A DNA stretch of 64,000 nt from NCBI GenBank assembly GCA_951406725.2, contig OX597817.1, positions 153,636,001 through 153,700,000 of the forward strand, read 5' to 3'. The notes beneath the pieces are model-generated. The model had not been told where the DNA came from. It searched no databases and saw nothing but the letters and a program-made list of their open reading frames with translations. The stretch comes from Octopus vulgaris (taxonomy: Eukaryota). Of the stretch, positions 1 through 12,702 are shown piece by piece (the first letter of the stretch is position 1; each line of letters starts with the position of its first letter). Position numbers and translations under genes: made by a program.

Positions 1-77
1 TTTATCCCCAAAAAGAAAAGCTCTACCTTGTAATTTGTTCCGTCTGTGTGCAGCCCTGTGTGGCTAATAAAGAAACA

Positions 78-78
<1 letters not shown>

Positions 79-152
<74 letters not shown>
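79..152. repeat. (TATC)n microsatellite, probably the tail of a SINE cut by the window start
   Basis: Perfect tetranucleotide run after a SINE-like 3' segment (...cagccctgtgtggctaataaagaaa). Confidence 0.9.
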
Positions 153-153
<1 letters not shown>

Positions 154-824
154 ACGCTTAAAACCGTCGGGCCATGGCAGTTTCTGAATTGACCCAAAAG
201 AAACTTTTGGGGGAATGTTTGAAATTTTCTGGAATTTAAAACGAGGATTTCCGAGGATCTCCTCACAGTTCATGTAATCTATTAAAATCTCATCCTGCCC
301 CAGCTTTTGATTTCTTCCTAGTTTTTCATTTTTCACTTTTCTCTTTTCGTTTCTTAATCGCTAATTGCCAATTTTTCAATTGTCACTTTCTTCTACCTAT
401 TCGTTCCTCCTGTCATGTTCACAAGCGCCAGAACTTATACTTACTTATACTAACTTCTCTTAGCTGAACATCCCCTGTTTCATTCTGACACTCCACTCTC
501 CCCTTTCCCCTTCCCAACCTCCCCTACTAACGGCGCTACCCTGTTGTCTCTCTGTACTAGACCACTAAAGCTGCTAATACAAATATTATTTTTTCTCACG
601 TTGCATGTGTGAATTCAATTCATAAACTGAATACATTCACTGCTTCTAAACATTTTATTTCGTTTCTTCAAATAAATTACTTGAAAAATCATCTTGATTG
701 TTGATAGCGTATGGCGGACGAAAAGATAAACGGGAGGACACAACTCTTGTATTATATAGACTATGTTTGGTACTTCGGGATTGATTTTGCAAAAACAGAA
801 AACATGAAAATGTTATATATAATA

Positions 825-980
825 CTAGCAGAGATACCCGGCGTTGCCCGTTTACATTCAATTTAAGAATTAGACTTTTCTGTTATATTTTCTGAATGAA
901 CTGGAATATCTATGTTTCGAATTTCATCAAAATTGCCGATGAGGGTTATTTCCCTCTTTACACACCCTAAAAAAATTGTA
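825..980 (-). mobile_element. Helitron 3' terminus
   Basis: Minus strand reads cgggcaacgccgggtatctctgCTAG|t, a subterminal hairpin plus CTAG. Same motif as the Helitron ends at 33366-33393 and 44052-44079. Confidence 0.7.
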
Positions 981-1700
981 AACCAATAGACGAATCATCA
1001 TAATAAGCAGTCAGTTACCTTACCCTAGTCGTTACCACTCCCAAAAATTTTTCGGAAGTTTCCCCGAAAATTTTACCCAAATATTTTTCGAAAATTTTAC
1101 CCAAAAATTTTTCGGAAATTTTCACCGACAATTTTACCCAAAAACTCTTTGAAAATTTTCACAGAAAATTTTCCCCAAAAATTTTTCGAAAATTTCACCG
1201 GAAATTTTACCCAAAAATTTTTCGAAAATTTTAGAAGAATTTTTGGGTAAAAATTTCGGTGAAACTTTGCGAGAAATTTTCGAAAAATTTTTGGGTAAAA
1301 TTTTCCATAAAAATTTTTCGAAAATTTTACCCAAAAATTATCCGATAATTTTCCCCAAACATTTTTGGTGAAAATTTTCCACAAAAATTTTTTGAAAATT
1401 TTCACCAAAGATTTTTCGAAAATTTTCAGAAATATTTTGAAGAATTTTTGGGTAAAATTTTCGGTGAAAATTCCCGAAAAATTTTTGGGTAAAATTTTCG
1501 GTGAAAATTTGCAAAAGATTTTTGGGTAAAATTTTTGGGTAAAATTTCGAAAAATTTTTGGGAGTGCTAACGACTAGGGTAAGGTAACTGACTGCTTATT
1601 GTGATCATTCGTCTTTTGGTTTTCGAAAAATTTTTGGGTAAAATTTTCGGTGAAAAAAAATTTTTCGAAAATTTTCACCGACAATTTTACCCAAAAGTTT
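980..1700. repeat. Foldback/inverted-repeat structure filled with AAAATTTT-rich minisatellite
   Basis: 980-~1060 (aaaccaatagacgaatcatcataataagcagtcagttaccttaccctagtcgttaccactccc) is the near-exact reverse complement of ~1545-1622. The interior is aaaattttacccaaaaatttttcg units in both orientations. Confidence 0.85.
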
Positions 1701-1857
1701 GTATATACGTATGTATGTGAGTGTGCGTTCGCGTGTATGTATATGTGTATAGCGCAGGCGCATTTCTGTGGCAAGAAGCTTGCTTCCATCCACATGATTC
1801 CAGGTTCAGTCTCACTGTGTGGCACCTTGGTCAAGTGTCTTTTACTAGTGTTTAGAT

Positions 1858-2306
1858 TAACTTGTTTCAGTCATTTGACTGCGGCCATGCTGGAGCACCG
1901 CCTTTAATCGAGCAACTCGACCCCGGGACTTATTCTTTTGTAAGCCCAGTACTTATTCTATCGGTCTCTTTTGCCAAACCGCTAAATAACGGGGACGTAA
2001 ACACACCAGCATCGGTTGACGAGCAATACTAGGGGGACAAACACAGACACACACGCGCATATATATATATATATATATATAAATTGAGGGAGATAAATTA
2101 ATATTAATTTTAATATCAATTTAAAACCAGTAGTCCAGCATTCAAAAAATCTGAGGAGTCAGAGAAAATTCAAATATATGTGTATATTGGCAAATTTGGT
2201 TCTGGTGTTCGCTGAATTCTTCCTCTAGAGAATTTCCCTTGTAGTTTGATCGTTTATGATCTATTTCTAGCATTCTGGCCGGCTACCTAGCAGGCCAGCC
2301 CTGCCA

Positions 2307-2337
<31 letters not shown>

Positions 2338-2501
2338 CGACGGGCTTCTTTCAGTTTCCATCTACCAAATCCACTCACAAGGCTTTGGTCGGCCTGAGGC
2401 TATAGTAGAAGACACTTGCCCAAGGTGCCATGCAGTGGGACTGAACCCGGAACCATGTGGTTGGTAAACAAGCTACTTACCACACAGCCACTCCTGCGCC
2501 T
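1858..2501 (-). mobile_element. tRNA-derived SINE family A with an extra insertion in its internal (TA)n
   Basis: Head ggcgcaggagtggctgtgtggtaag, B-box-like gggttcagtccc, CORE-like ggcaccttgggcaagtg and tail gcagtcaaatgactgaaacaag, shared with more than ten copies in the window. Confidence 0.9.
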
Positions 2502-2680
2502 ATATCCCATTTCTTTTGAAGATATTATACGTGTGACCAACAGCTGACCAAAAGTGTCATTAAGATATGACATGATGTTGCGAAAACAGTTTAACAATAG
2601 CATCCGCAGGAAAAAGACTGTTCTCAGAATAATGAGTGGACCATTTTTGTAAAAATAAATAAATAAATAAATAAAGAAAG

Positions 2681-2711
<31 letters not shown>

Positions 2712-3209
2712 AAAAAAAGGAAAAAAAATCTGCTGCCAATTACAAACCTCCGAAATTTGATATAATTGTAACCCCGCAGATGTGAACATTTCTTTCAAAT
2801 TTACAAGGAAAGAGAATTTCTATTGGACTATGTGCACCAGTTGCCCAAAGAGGTAATCTAAACCCCTTTTCAGGGAGATTTTCAAGCAGAAGTAAAATGG
2901 CCAGCTAGCATGCACTCTGAAAATAGTATCCATAAGCGAAACGCAACACTAAAAATATACAATACTTTTCAAAAGTTCAACATGTTTTAATAATAATTCC
3001 AATGAACTATTTCTTTATTAGAAACCGACTCCTTTATTGGAAGAAGTAATTTAATTAAAATAAAACATGATACGCATGCATTCATGTACATGTTACATAA
3101 ACATACGTATATATGTGAGTATATACATGCATGTATATATCCATACATGCATAAATACATATATATACGTATGTATGTGAGTGTGCGCGCGCGTGTATGT
3201 ATATGTGTA

Positions 3210-3369
3210 TAGCGCAGACGCATTTCTGTGGCAAGAAGCTTGCTTCCATCCACATGATTCCAGGTTCAGTCTCACTGTGTGGCACCTTGGTCAAGTGTCT
3301 TTTACTACAGCGTGGGCCGACCAAAGCCTTATGAGTGGATTTGGTAGACGGAAACTGAAAGAAGCACGC

Positions 3370-3372
<3 letters not shown>
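3210..3372 (+). mobile_element. SINE family A, 5' half
   Basis: Similar to other family A heads; ends in a long (TA)n. Confidence 0.8.
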
Positions 3373-3428
<56 letters not shown>

Positions 3429-3524
3429 TATATATATATATATATCATGTATGTATTAGTGTATATATATATATATATATATATATATCATATATATATA
3501 TATATATATATCATGTATGTATTA

Positions 3525-3568
<44 letters not shown>

Positions 3569-4130
3569 ACACACAAACACGTGCATATGCAAGAATTCAT
3601 TCATACATGCATGCATACGTACTCATTAATACATTCGTAAAATAGGTCTGTGGGTCAAAGACTCAAACTCGTTGATGTTGTGTCATAAATTCATGACCTA
3701 CCACAAACATTAGTTTACATCCTTGGAAGATATCAGTCATTGTAAGGGGTTTATTATTTTTTTTTGTATTACCCAAATAACTTATCTAGGGGAAGATTTT
3801 TTAAAAAGCTGTTGCACACAGTGCTACAAATATTGAAGATAAGCCCTTGAGATTAGGGAAGAGAGCACAACAAAAAGGAAAAGAAAATTAAGACTAAATC
3901 AAAAAGAAGAAAACAGGAGGGTAACTATGATTTAGTAAAGCTATGATGAATAGAAAGTGCGAAAACTTATACGATGGAACATGCTATGGAAGCCAATTAG
4001 TGTAGAAACAAATATATTACTGTCAAACTTGAGGTGACATTACTATATCAGATAACTGTTTGGGGTTTGGGGTTTGTATTGAACTAACAAATATGGAAAA
4101 TTTGAAATAGAACCTTAGCGAAAAGTAAAC

Positions 4131-4246
4131 AAGGTGGTGAGCTGGCAGAAACATTAGCACGCCGGGTGAAATGCGTAGCTGTATTTCGTCTGCCCTTTAC
4201 GTTCTGAGTTCAAATTCCGCCGAGGTCGACTTTGCCTTTCATCCTT
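4131..4246 (+). mobile_element. SINE family B (MetaSINE-like) 5' part
   Basis: ggtggtgagctggcagaa...gagttcaaattccgccgaggtcgactttgcctttcatcc; interrupted by a family A copy. Confidence 0.85.
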
Positions 4247-4413
4247 TAGGCACAGGAGTTGCTGTGTGGTAAGTAGCTTACTAACCAACCACATGGTTCT
4301 GGGTTCAGTCCCACTGCGTGGCACCTTGGGCAAGTGTCTTCTGCTATAGCCTCGGGCTGACCAAAGCCTTGTGAATGGATTTGGCAGACGGAAACTGAAA
4401 GAAGCCTGTCGTA

Positions 4414-4458
<45 letters not shown>

Positions 4459-4676
4459 TTGTGTGTCTGTGTTTGTCCCCCTAGCATTGCTTGACAACCG
4501 ATGCTGGTGTGTTTATGTCCCCGTTACTTAGCGGTTCGGCAAAAGAGATAGATAGAATAAGTACTGGGCTTACAAAAGAATAAGTCCCGAGGTCGATTTG
4601 CTCGACTAAAGGCGGTGCTCCAGCATGGCCGCAGTCAAATGACTGAAACAAGTAAAAGAGTAAAAGAGTAAAAGAG
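4247..4676 (+). mobile_element. SINE family A, full length
   Basis: Head, internal (TA)n(TG)n and (GTAAAAGA)n tail. Confidence 0.92.
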
Positions 4677-4848
4677 AATATCTGGTAATGCAAACTGTCA
4701 TTTGCTCCGGTTTTCACGAGATATTCCTCTTCAATTACGGTAGAACTTTTTGACATCTTCACAAAAAAAATATTGGATGCCCGCAGAAGGGATAGTACTT
4801 TGTTTCTGATTAGATGTTCAGAGTTAACTGAAATATTCTTCATTTTGT

Positions 4849-4987
<139 letters not shown>

Positions 4988-5339
4988 TAATAATTTTATA
5001 TTCGGGTATGTACCTTGTAGTATGCCGTTTAAAGCCCGTTCACAGTATTCGGTTACCTGATGCACTGCAACTGTTTGTACAGCACCTCAAACGCTAGGCA
5101 CCGATGTACGATGGTTCGAAAGGATCGTCATGAATAATAAAAAGTCCCCTGAATTCCATCTTCTTTCTCTCATGTATGTATGTATGTATGTATGTATGTA
5201 TGTATGTATGTATGTATGTATGTATGTATGTATGTATGTATGTATGTATGAACGAACAGAAGCGAGCGAAATTAAAAGCACCTGGGTCTGGGTACTGAGG
5301 AGCGTCTTATGAGGAGGTTTCCAAAATTTCTAATTTAAT

Positions 5340-6240
5340 TTTTTTTCTTCGAAGACAAGAAGAAGTGGTGGTGTTGGCGAGTGATTGACCCGGCAATGGG
5401 GTCAGAAAATAGAACTCAGATGTTTCGGATGAGTTTGTCTTTCAGAAGAAGGTCGACGAATGGAAGATGAATGAGAGTGGAATACGATCTGTAGGTGTGC
5501 ATAAAGCGGGAAAGATCGCGACGACGAGAGCGATGGCCTGGTTTCGGCTGAGCCCACAACTGATAGAGGGTATCCTCGATCCTGGAAAAATTATCGCATT
5601 TCCACAGAATGGGGTTTGAAATATTAACCAATGCTAAAGAGCCGGCGAGAGCGAAGAGAGCTAAGCCGATCTTTGATCCACGAAGTTGAACTATAGGAAC
5701 AATGTCATGAGATATCCCAGACAAGACTGAGGTCGATCATGACAAAAGTACTCCAGCTGGACGTGTCGAGATTCCTGAGAATTGCCTTGACTCGTTTACA
5801 TTGACTCCTTATCAGAGGTGTATGGCAGAGTTAGTGTGTTAGAGATGAGAAGAGTAGAGAAGATGGGCGTGAGAGTCAGAATGCTAATAGTGGACAGAAG
5901 TTGAAAGGTAGATATTGTTTATAATGATGGAAATATCGAGAAAATTAGCGAGAAGAATGGAATATAGTAGAAGTGTGTTCTAAGGTTGGGTGAAAGGAGT
6001 CAATGAAAGAAATGAAACTATCGAGTTGTTACTTTGAGAGTAACTATCGAGTAGTTACTTGTACAGCTCTAGAATGAGTCCGGTGACCTGGGCAGTGGTT
6101 TACTCTTCAATGTGACCTACAAAGAGGTTTGCATTGCTAGGACTCGATTTAGTTTCCTCAGCAACCCCGCTGATGTTTGCAAAATTCCACGGAGCAAGAA
6201 AAGCAATTAAGGATTAAGAAGAGCTCATTTGAGCGAAGAA
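5340..6240 (-). pseudogene. Degenerate Penelope-like reverse transcriptase remnant
   Basis: Manual minus-strand translation gives ISGVAEETKSSPSNANLFVGHIEE (cf. GVAMGTKMGPSYANLF) and FLDISII...STSVHY*HSDSHAHLLYSSH (cf. FLD...YKPTDSH), with stops and frameshifts. Confidence 0.75.
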
Positions 6241-7340
6241 ATGTTGTAGTGCTGGGTATAAATAAAGGGTGATAGTCTAGAAGATGTTTAAAGGCTAATG
6301 AGTATATCCACGGATTGGCAGAAGCTGTGTTTTGAATATTTCTTTCTTGGACTTTTGAACCATTTTAACATTTTGAGAGAGAGATGCCCAGCACCATATT
6401 TATCAAATTTGTAGAGATGAAAAGCAAAGTCGATTTTGTCATGATTTGAACTCAGAGCGAAGTGTGCCGGAACAAATATACTGCGAGGGATTCTATCCGA
6501 CGCCTTGATGTCTTTGCCAATATATCACCTTTACCATATATCAATAAATAGTAATAAGCATGTGGTGAGAGAAAAAACAACATTAGGTCAAGGCTAATAA
6601 TATTTTAATCAGTTCAGCACATAAGGGAGACAAGCGTGAATATGTTTCGTTCTAATTAGATCTCCCCAGTGAGTCATTTTTCGCAGAAACTTGTTCAGAA
6701 CTTGTTCATCTCCTGTGTTTGCTAAAATGATATAGTGTTTTTAGTTAGTGTCGTCTTTTTCTTCCTGCGTAGTTATTTTTTAAATTGGCTTCTCGATGTT
6801 CACTGCATTAGATATTTGATCACGATAATTTGTTAAGATGAGTCAATAAAACAATTTTAAGCCAGAAAGCTGAAATATACGCCCCTACTGGAACGACATC
6901 TTAAGTGCACAGACGTTGAGGTTAGCCCGAGCTTAAAATTCAACTATAAAACCGAATGCACAAGCTTGGATTTGATGTAAGGACTGTAAAAATAGATGTA
7001 TTTTATTTTTAAATAAGAAGATTCGGTTATTGTTTCTAGCACGTCTAACGACTACGTAGAGGAGATTTCGTTATCGCTTTTAATCTTGCTGTAAGGAGGT
7101 TGTCTCGCTTATGTGGCATAACGACAAACAGTGTTGTAGCAACTATTCAAGCAAGCAGTGGTTCACTGATTCTAGTTTCCTTTCTAAGTGTGACTAAGTT
7201 CAGTTATTTTGTTATTTTCTTTATAAGATTCACCGAACTTCTCACACAGTTGTTTATTGCAATTGTTCTCCAAATTATTTTATTGCATCATTCGAGACAG
7301 CGATCTGTTTGATATATTCTTTGGAAAAAATAGAAGAAGC

Positions 7341-7443
<103 letters not shown>

Positions 7444-7583
7444 TGTATATATATCTTTTTTTTTTACTCATTCTACTGTGTTCGTTCAAATTAACCTATA
7501 TAACAGAAGTGCAAAATACAAGGGGAGAACAAACGCGCTCATGAAGACTGACGTCAGTTTCAGAAATGTGCGTATTTGTGTGT

Positions 7584-7620
<37 letters not shown>

Positions 7621-8124
7621 GTCTTGCGTCTAAATGTATGGAACTTATTTTTGGTCTTCAATTATTCAAATTCTTCCAATGAAGAAGTTGGTTTCTAATA
7701 AAGAAACACATATTCATTGCTGTATGAAGATAACAACGACGGCGAAGGCTTACATGCTGAACTTTTTAGAAAAAGTCTTACATATGTTTACTGATCTTAT
7801 TACAATCAGTATTTGCAGAGGGCGTTACTCTTTGCTTGCGGAGTCTGTGACAACCATTTAGATATTAAAGGGAAAAAATTTAACAAGGCAGTCAGTTGCC
7901 CGCTGACACTCGTTGACGCTACATCGAAGAGGCCAGGGAACAGAAGAAAGAAGAAGACATGCACTCAACAGAGCTGAAGACACGATCCGAAAGGGGGTGC
8001 CCTGCCACGTCAAAACGGTAGAGGAGTAGGGGCCGAAACCTGACGTGGTTCCCCCTGATGATGTCTTGAGCTAATTGGATCCTATAAAGGAGCTGTTGTG
8101 GTAGCAGACCACGAAACACGGTTG

Positions 8125-8422
8125 AAATATTAAGTCGATTATATCGATCCCAGTGCGTAACTGGTACTTATTTAATCGACCCCGAAAGGATGAAAGGCAA
8201 AGTCGACCTCGGCGGAATTTGAACTCAGAACGTAGCGGCAGACGAAATACCTATTTCTTTACTACCCACAAGGGGCTAAACACAGAGAGGACAAACAAGG
8301 ACAGAGAAACGGATTAAGTCGATTATATCGACCCCAGTGCGTAACTGGTACTTATTTAATCGACCCCGAAAGGATGAAAGGCGAAGTCGACCTCGGCGGA
8401 ATTTGAACTCAGAACGTAGCGA
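8125..8422 (-). mobile_element. SINE family B, partial tandem dimer
   Basis: Two head-to-tail units about 183 bp apart. Confidence 0.88.
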
Positions 8423-8832
8423 CCGATGTGAATTTTGTAATCTGAAAAGAGAAGCTGTAGGATTGGAAGCAATTGTCTATAAATATTTATTTTTTCGCTT
8501 TATCTATGACCTCATTTCGACGTCCAGCAGCCTGCTGCAACCATACTAACAAGATGTAGCATGTTACCAGTCCCAATGGTACCGTTGGTGAAGGCGGATG
8601 GCTAAGTGCACGGGCCATGTGATCGCAACACATGGTCTACCTTAAACGAAATCACGCGTTAGCTATCTGTCACCTGAGCAACGAGCCTCTCCTCATCCGT
8701 TAAGCTTTAAACCATTGGCTCTAGATATACTTCCCGGATACAAGATAACACCGACGACGTGTGACGTCACTATCCTATTCTTTCTATGACGCTCAACTCT
8801 CCTTATCACTGCGGCATTGAGAGAAAAATAAA

Positions 8833-8901
<69 letters not shown>

Positions 8902-8905
<4 letters not shown>

Positions 8906-9343
8906 TAGTTTTATTTTTATAGCGTGCTTTCACTTCACTACCGAGCGCAGCTCTGTGTGCCTTGGGTATGTGCTGTGATTTGTTGTGATGCTCTGATGGT
9001 TATTGTATGGAAAGTGTTCTGCGTAGGATGTGTGCAGTGCCTAGTAGTGCAATTTTCTGTATGTTATATGTGTTTGTAAGTCCTGGTGTTTTTGTTATGT
9101 ATTTGTCTGAATATTTTTTTATCATGCCTAATGCACCTACTATGATAGGAATTGTTTCTGTTTTCACATTCCACATTCTAGTTACCTCTATTTCCAGGTC
9201 TTTGTATTTTGAGAGTTTCTCCATTTCTTTTAGAGACACGTTGTCATCAGCCGGTATTGATACATCAATTAGAAAGCATTTTTTTCTTCATGATCTCTGA
9301 CAACTATATCTGGTCTGTTGGCCTTAATTTCTCTATATGTGTG

Positions 9344-9346
<3 letters not shown>
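8902..9346 (-). mobile_element. R4/Dong-like non-LTR retrotransposon 3' fragment (subfamily 1) in (TAA)n
   Basis: IKANRPDIVV...SKYKDLEIEVTRMW...IPIIVGALG is a restriction-like endonuclease homologous to the 51145 ORF. Flanked on both sides by (TTA)n. Confidence 0.88.
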
Positions 9347-9379
<33 letters not shown>

Positions 9380-9493
9380 CATTATTATTATTATCATCAT
9401 TATTATTATTATCATCATTATTATTATTTTTATTATTATTATTATTATTATCATCATTATTATTATTTTTATTATTATTATTATTATTATTAT

Positions 9494-9957
9494 TCTATGT
9501 TTGACTTTTGCTTTATGTCTGTACAAGCTGGCTCCAAGTCTCACCCGGAGACCTCAAGAGACAACGGGTTGGAAGTTCTGTGCCATATATTTGGGTTTTT
9601 TTTTTTTTTTGGTGTTGTACTAGTGAATGTCTAATACATAAAAACAGAAAAAAAAATAAAAAAATAAAAAATAAAATAAAGTTTGTTTTAAACCTTGGGA
9701 TTACATAGAGAGTATTTTGCGTAGTATATGAGCAGTTCCCATGAGCACTATCTTTTGAATTTCTGCCATTTTGGGGTTTCCTGGTATCTGAGTTAGGTAG
9801 CAATCAGTCCCTTTCGCTATCATTCCCAGGGCACCTATGACAACAGGTATTGTTTTAGTCTTCAGCTTCCACATTTTGCTGATTTCTATTTCAAGATCTT
9901 TATATTTGCTCAGTTTTTGGTAGGTCTTGACAGATACGTTTATATCGATTGGGACAG

Positions 9958-9960
<3 letters not shown>
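9494..9960 (-). mobile_element. R4/Dong-like 3' fragment (subfamily 2)
   Basis: ORF 9701-9961 KYKDLEIEISKMW...IPVVIGALG. The 3' end resembles 52940-52987. Flanked by (TTA)n. Confidence 0.88.
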
Positions 9961-10037
<77 letters not shown>

Positions 10038-10040
<3 letters not shown>

Positions 10041-10235
10041 TAGTTTTATTTTTATAGCGTGCTTTCACTTCACTACCGAGCGCAGCTCTGTGTGCCTTGG
10101 GTATGTGCTGTGATTTGTTGTGATGCTCTGATGGTTATTTTATGGAAAGTGTTCTGCGTAGGATGTGTGCAGTGCCTAGTAGTGCAATTTTCTGTATGTT
10201 ATATGTGTTTGTAAGTCCTGGTGTTTTTGTTATGT
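10038..10235 (-). mobile_element. R4/Dong-like 3' fragment (subfamily 1), near-identical to 8902-9100
   Basis: Direct repeat of cagtagttttatttttatagcgtgc...gtttttgttatgtatt; flanked by (TTA)n. Confidence 0.88.
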
Positions 10236-10251
10236 ATTATTATTATTATTA

Positions 10252-10297
<46 letters not shown>

Positions 10298-10314
10298 CAT
10301 TATCATCATCATCA

Positions 10315-10384
<70 letters not shown>

Positions 10385-10385
<1 letters not shown>

Positions 10386-10740
10386 GAGTGAGAGAGCAGT
10401 GCATGCCATCAATGTGACACTGTGGTACAAATATACGAAGCAAGGTATACCTATCATGACTACCCGTCTGATAAGGGTACACTAGGCACATGCATCACAA
10501 CCATATGTGCACGACATGGTGATCTCATATCAAGATAAATAGCACATGACTTTGCAGGTGAGGCCATTAAGGGACATGCTCAACTGATTAAGGTCAAACA
10601 ACTGACAAGCAAATCTGTGGTATTGAGCAAACTATTCGCTGTAGCCTATCTTTTATACCAAGACAAAACAATGTACATGATAATACTTCCAATCAGTTAA
10701 GATGAGAAGCCATGAGAGCCACAGCCTGGTACTACATCAA
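10385..10740 (-). mobile_element. Non-autonomous retroposon family E with an (AAT)n tail
   Basis: 10385-10565 is homologous to the 3' part of 54604-54938 (+), and its distal part to 53365-53485. Ends at ...gcactgctctctcactc(aat)n. Confidence 0.7.
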
Positions 10741-10781
10741 GACAAATATTATTATTGTTGTTGTTGTTGTCATTATTATAA

Positions 10782-10970
10782 AGGTGGCGAGCTGGCAGAA
10801 TCGTTAGCATGCCGGGCGAAATGCTTACGTTCTGAGTTTAAATTCCGTCGCGGTCGACTTTGCCTTTCATCCTTTCGGGGTTGATAAATCAAGTACCAGT
10901 TGAGTATTGGGGTCGATGTAATCGACTAGTTCCCTCCTCCGAAATTTCAAGCCTTGTGCCTATAGTAGAC
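10782..10970 (+). mobile_element. SINE family B
   Basis: ggcgagctggcagaa...gcctttcatcctttcgggg...gtaccag. Confidence 0.85.
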
Positions 10971-10973
10971 ATG

Positions 10974-11265
<292 letters not shown>

Positions 11266-11685
11266 TTCAAACATATATAAATAAATACATAGATATGCGA
11301 CTCTCAGTGTGTGTGTGTGGGTGTGTGTGTGTGTGTGTGTGTGCGTGTTTGTTTGTGTGTGCGTGTATGTGTGTGTGTCTGTGTGCGCGCGCGCGTACAG
11401 TGATGGATTCGAGGGTTTCGTTTATTCAGGAGTTGATTTCTTTATCTCATCGGAGTATAAATACCTATAATGGTGATACTTAAAAAATTTTTTTCCAAAA
11501 ATCGAACTTAAAAATCTCCCGATAAGCAAGTATAGTCAAACAAATACAAAGCTTAATTCAGTTCAATTAATAAGCATGGGTAAGCAACGCATTGTAAGCC
11601 ACACTACAATTTGCGAAAAAATTTATCTGCGCGCAGCGTATGTATGGCCCCTCCGATGCCTTTTTTCATCATTATTTTCGCCGGT

Positions 11686-12203
11686 CGCTACGTTCTGAGT
11701 TCAAATTCCGCCGAGGTCGACTTCGTCTTTCATCCTTTCGGGGTCGATTAAATAAGTACCAGTTACACACTGGGGTCGATATAATCGACTTAATCCGTTT
11801 CTCTGTCCTTGTTTGTCCTCTCTGTGTTTAGCCCCTTGTGGGTAGTAAAGAAATAGGTATTTCGTCAGCCGCTACGTTCTGAGTTCAAATTCCGCCGAGG
11901 TAAACTTCACCTTTCATCCTTTCGGGGTCGATTAAATAAGTACCAGTTACGCACTGGGGTCGATATAATCGACTTAATCTGTTTGTCTGTCCTTGTTTGT
12001 TCTCTCTGTGTTTAGCCCCTTGTGGGTAGTAAAGAAATAGGTATTCCGTCTGCCTTTACTTTCTGAGCTCAAATTCCGCCGAGGTCGACTTTGCTTTTCA
12101 TCCTTTCGGGGTCGATTAAATAAGTACCAGTTACGCACTGGTGTCGATCTAATCGACTGGCCTCCTCTCCAAAGAATTCGAGTCTTGTGCTTAGAGTAGA
12201 AGA
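11686..12203 (+). mobile_element. SINE family B tandem trimer (headless units, ~184-bp period)
   Basis: ttctgagttcaaattccgccgagg, or a one-mismatch variant, recurs at ~11693, ~11877 and ~12061. Confidence 0.9.
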
Positions 12204-12516
12204 AAATATTTGAGTTGTGTGACTTCCAGAATGAATATGTGAATAGGATATAAAGGGTAGGTTGGCCTTGAAATATGTCTAGCGCCGTTTACAAACGATA
12301 TCAGATTTATGTTTAAGAAATTAGCAATTTGTCTATATAGTTTGTTATTATTTTTTATTTTTTCTGAGTTTTACCAAAATTTGTTTTCCTATTCTTTTTT
12401 CATTTTTATCATTGCTATACACTGACATGTTGTTAACAAATAGCGTTTGGATTTTTAACTCACCCCCCCTCTATATTTTTCTCCCTTTTATTTAGGCCTT
12501 GTTTCCTTTTCTTTTC

Positions 12517-12582
<66 letters not shown>

Positions 12583-12661
12583 ATGTATGTATGTATGTAT
12601 GTATGTATGTATGTGTGTACATATATATGCATGCATACATCCATCCATCCATATATATATT

Positions 12662-12702
<41 letters not shown>

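Noticed and set aside
1097-1408. K/F-rich 103-aa ORF
   Set aside because: Translation of the AAAATTTT minisatellite; no protein features.
8834-10385. CRISPR-like alternation of repeats and unique spacers
   Set aside because: The repeats are variable-length (TTA)n and the spacers are retrotransposon 3' ends; eukaryotic context, no cas genes.
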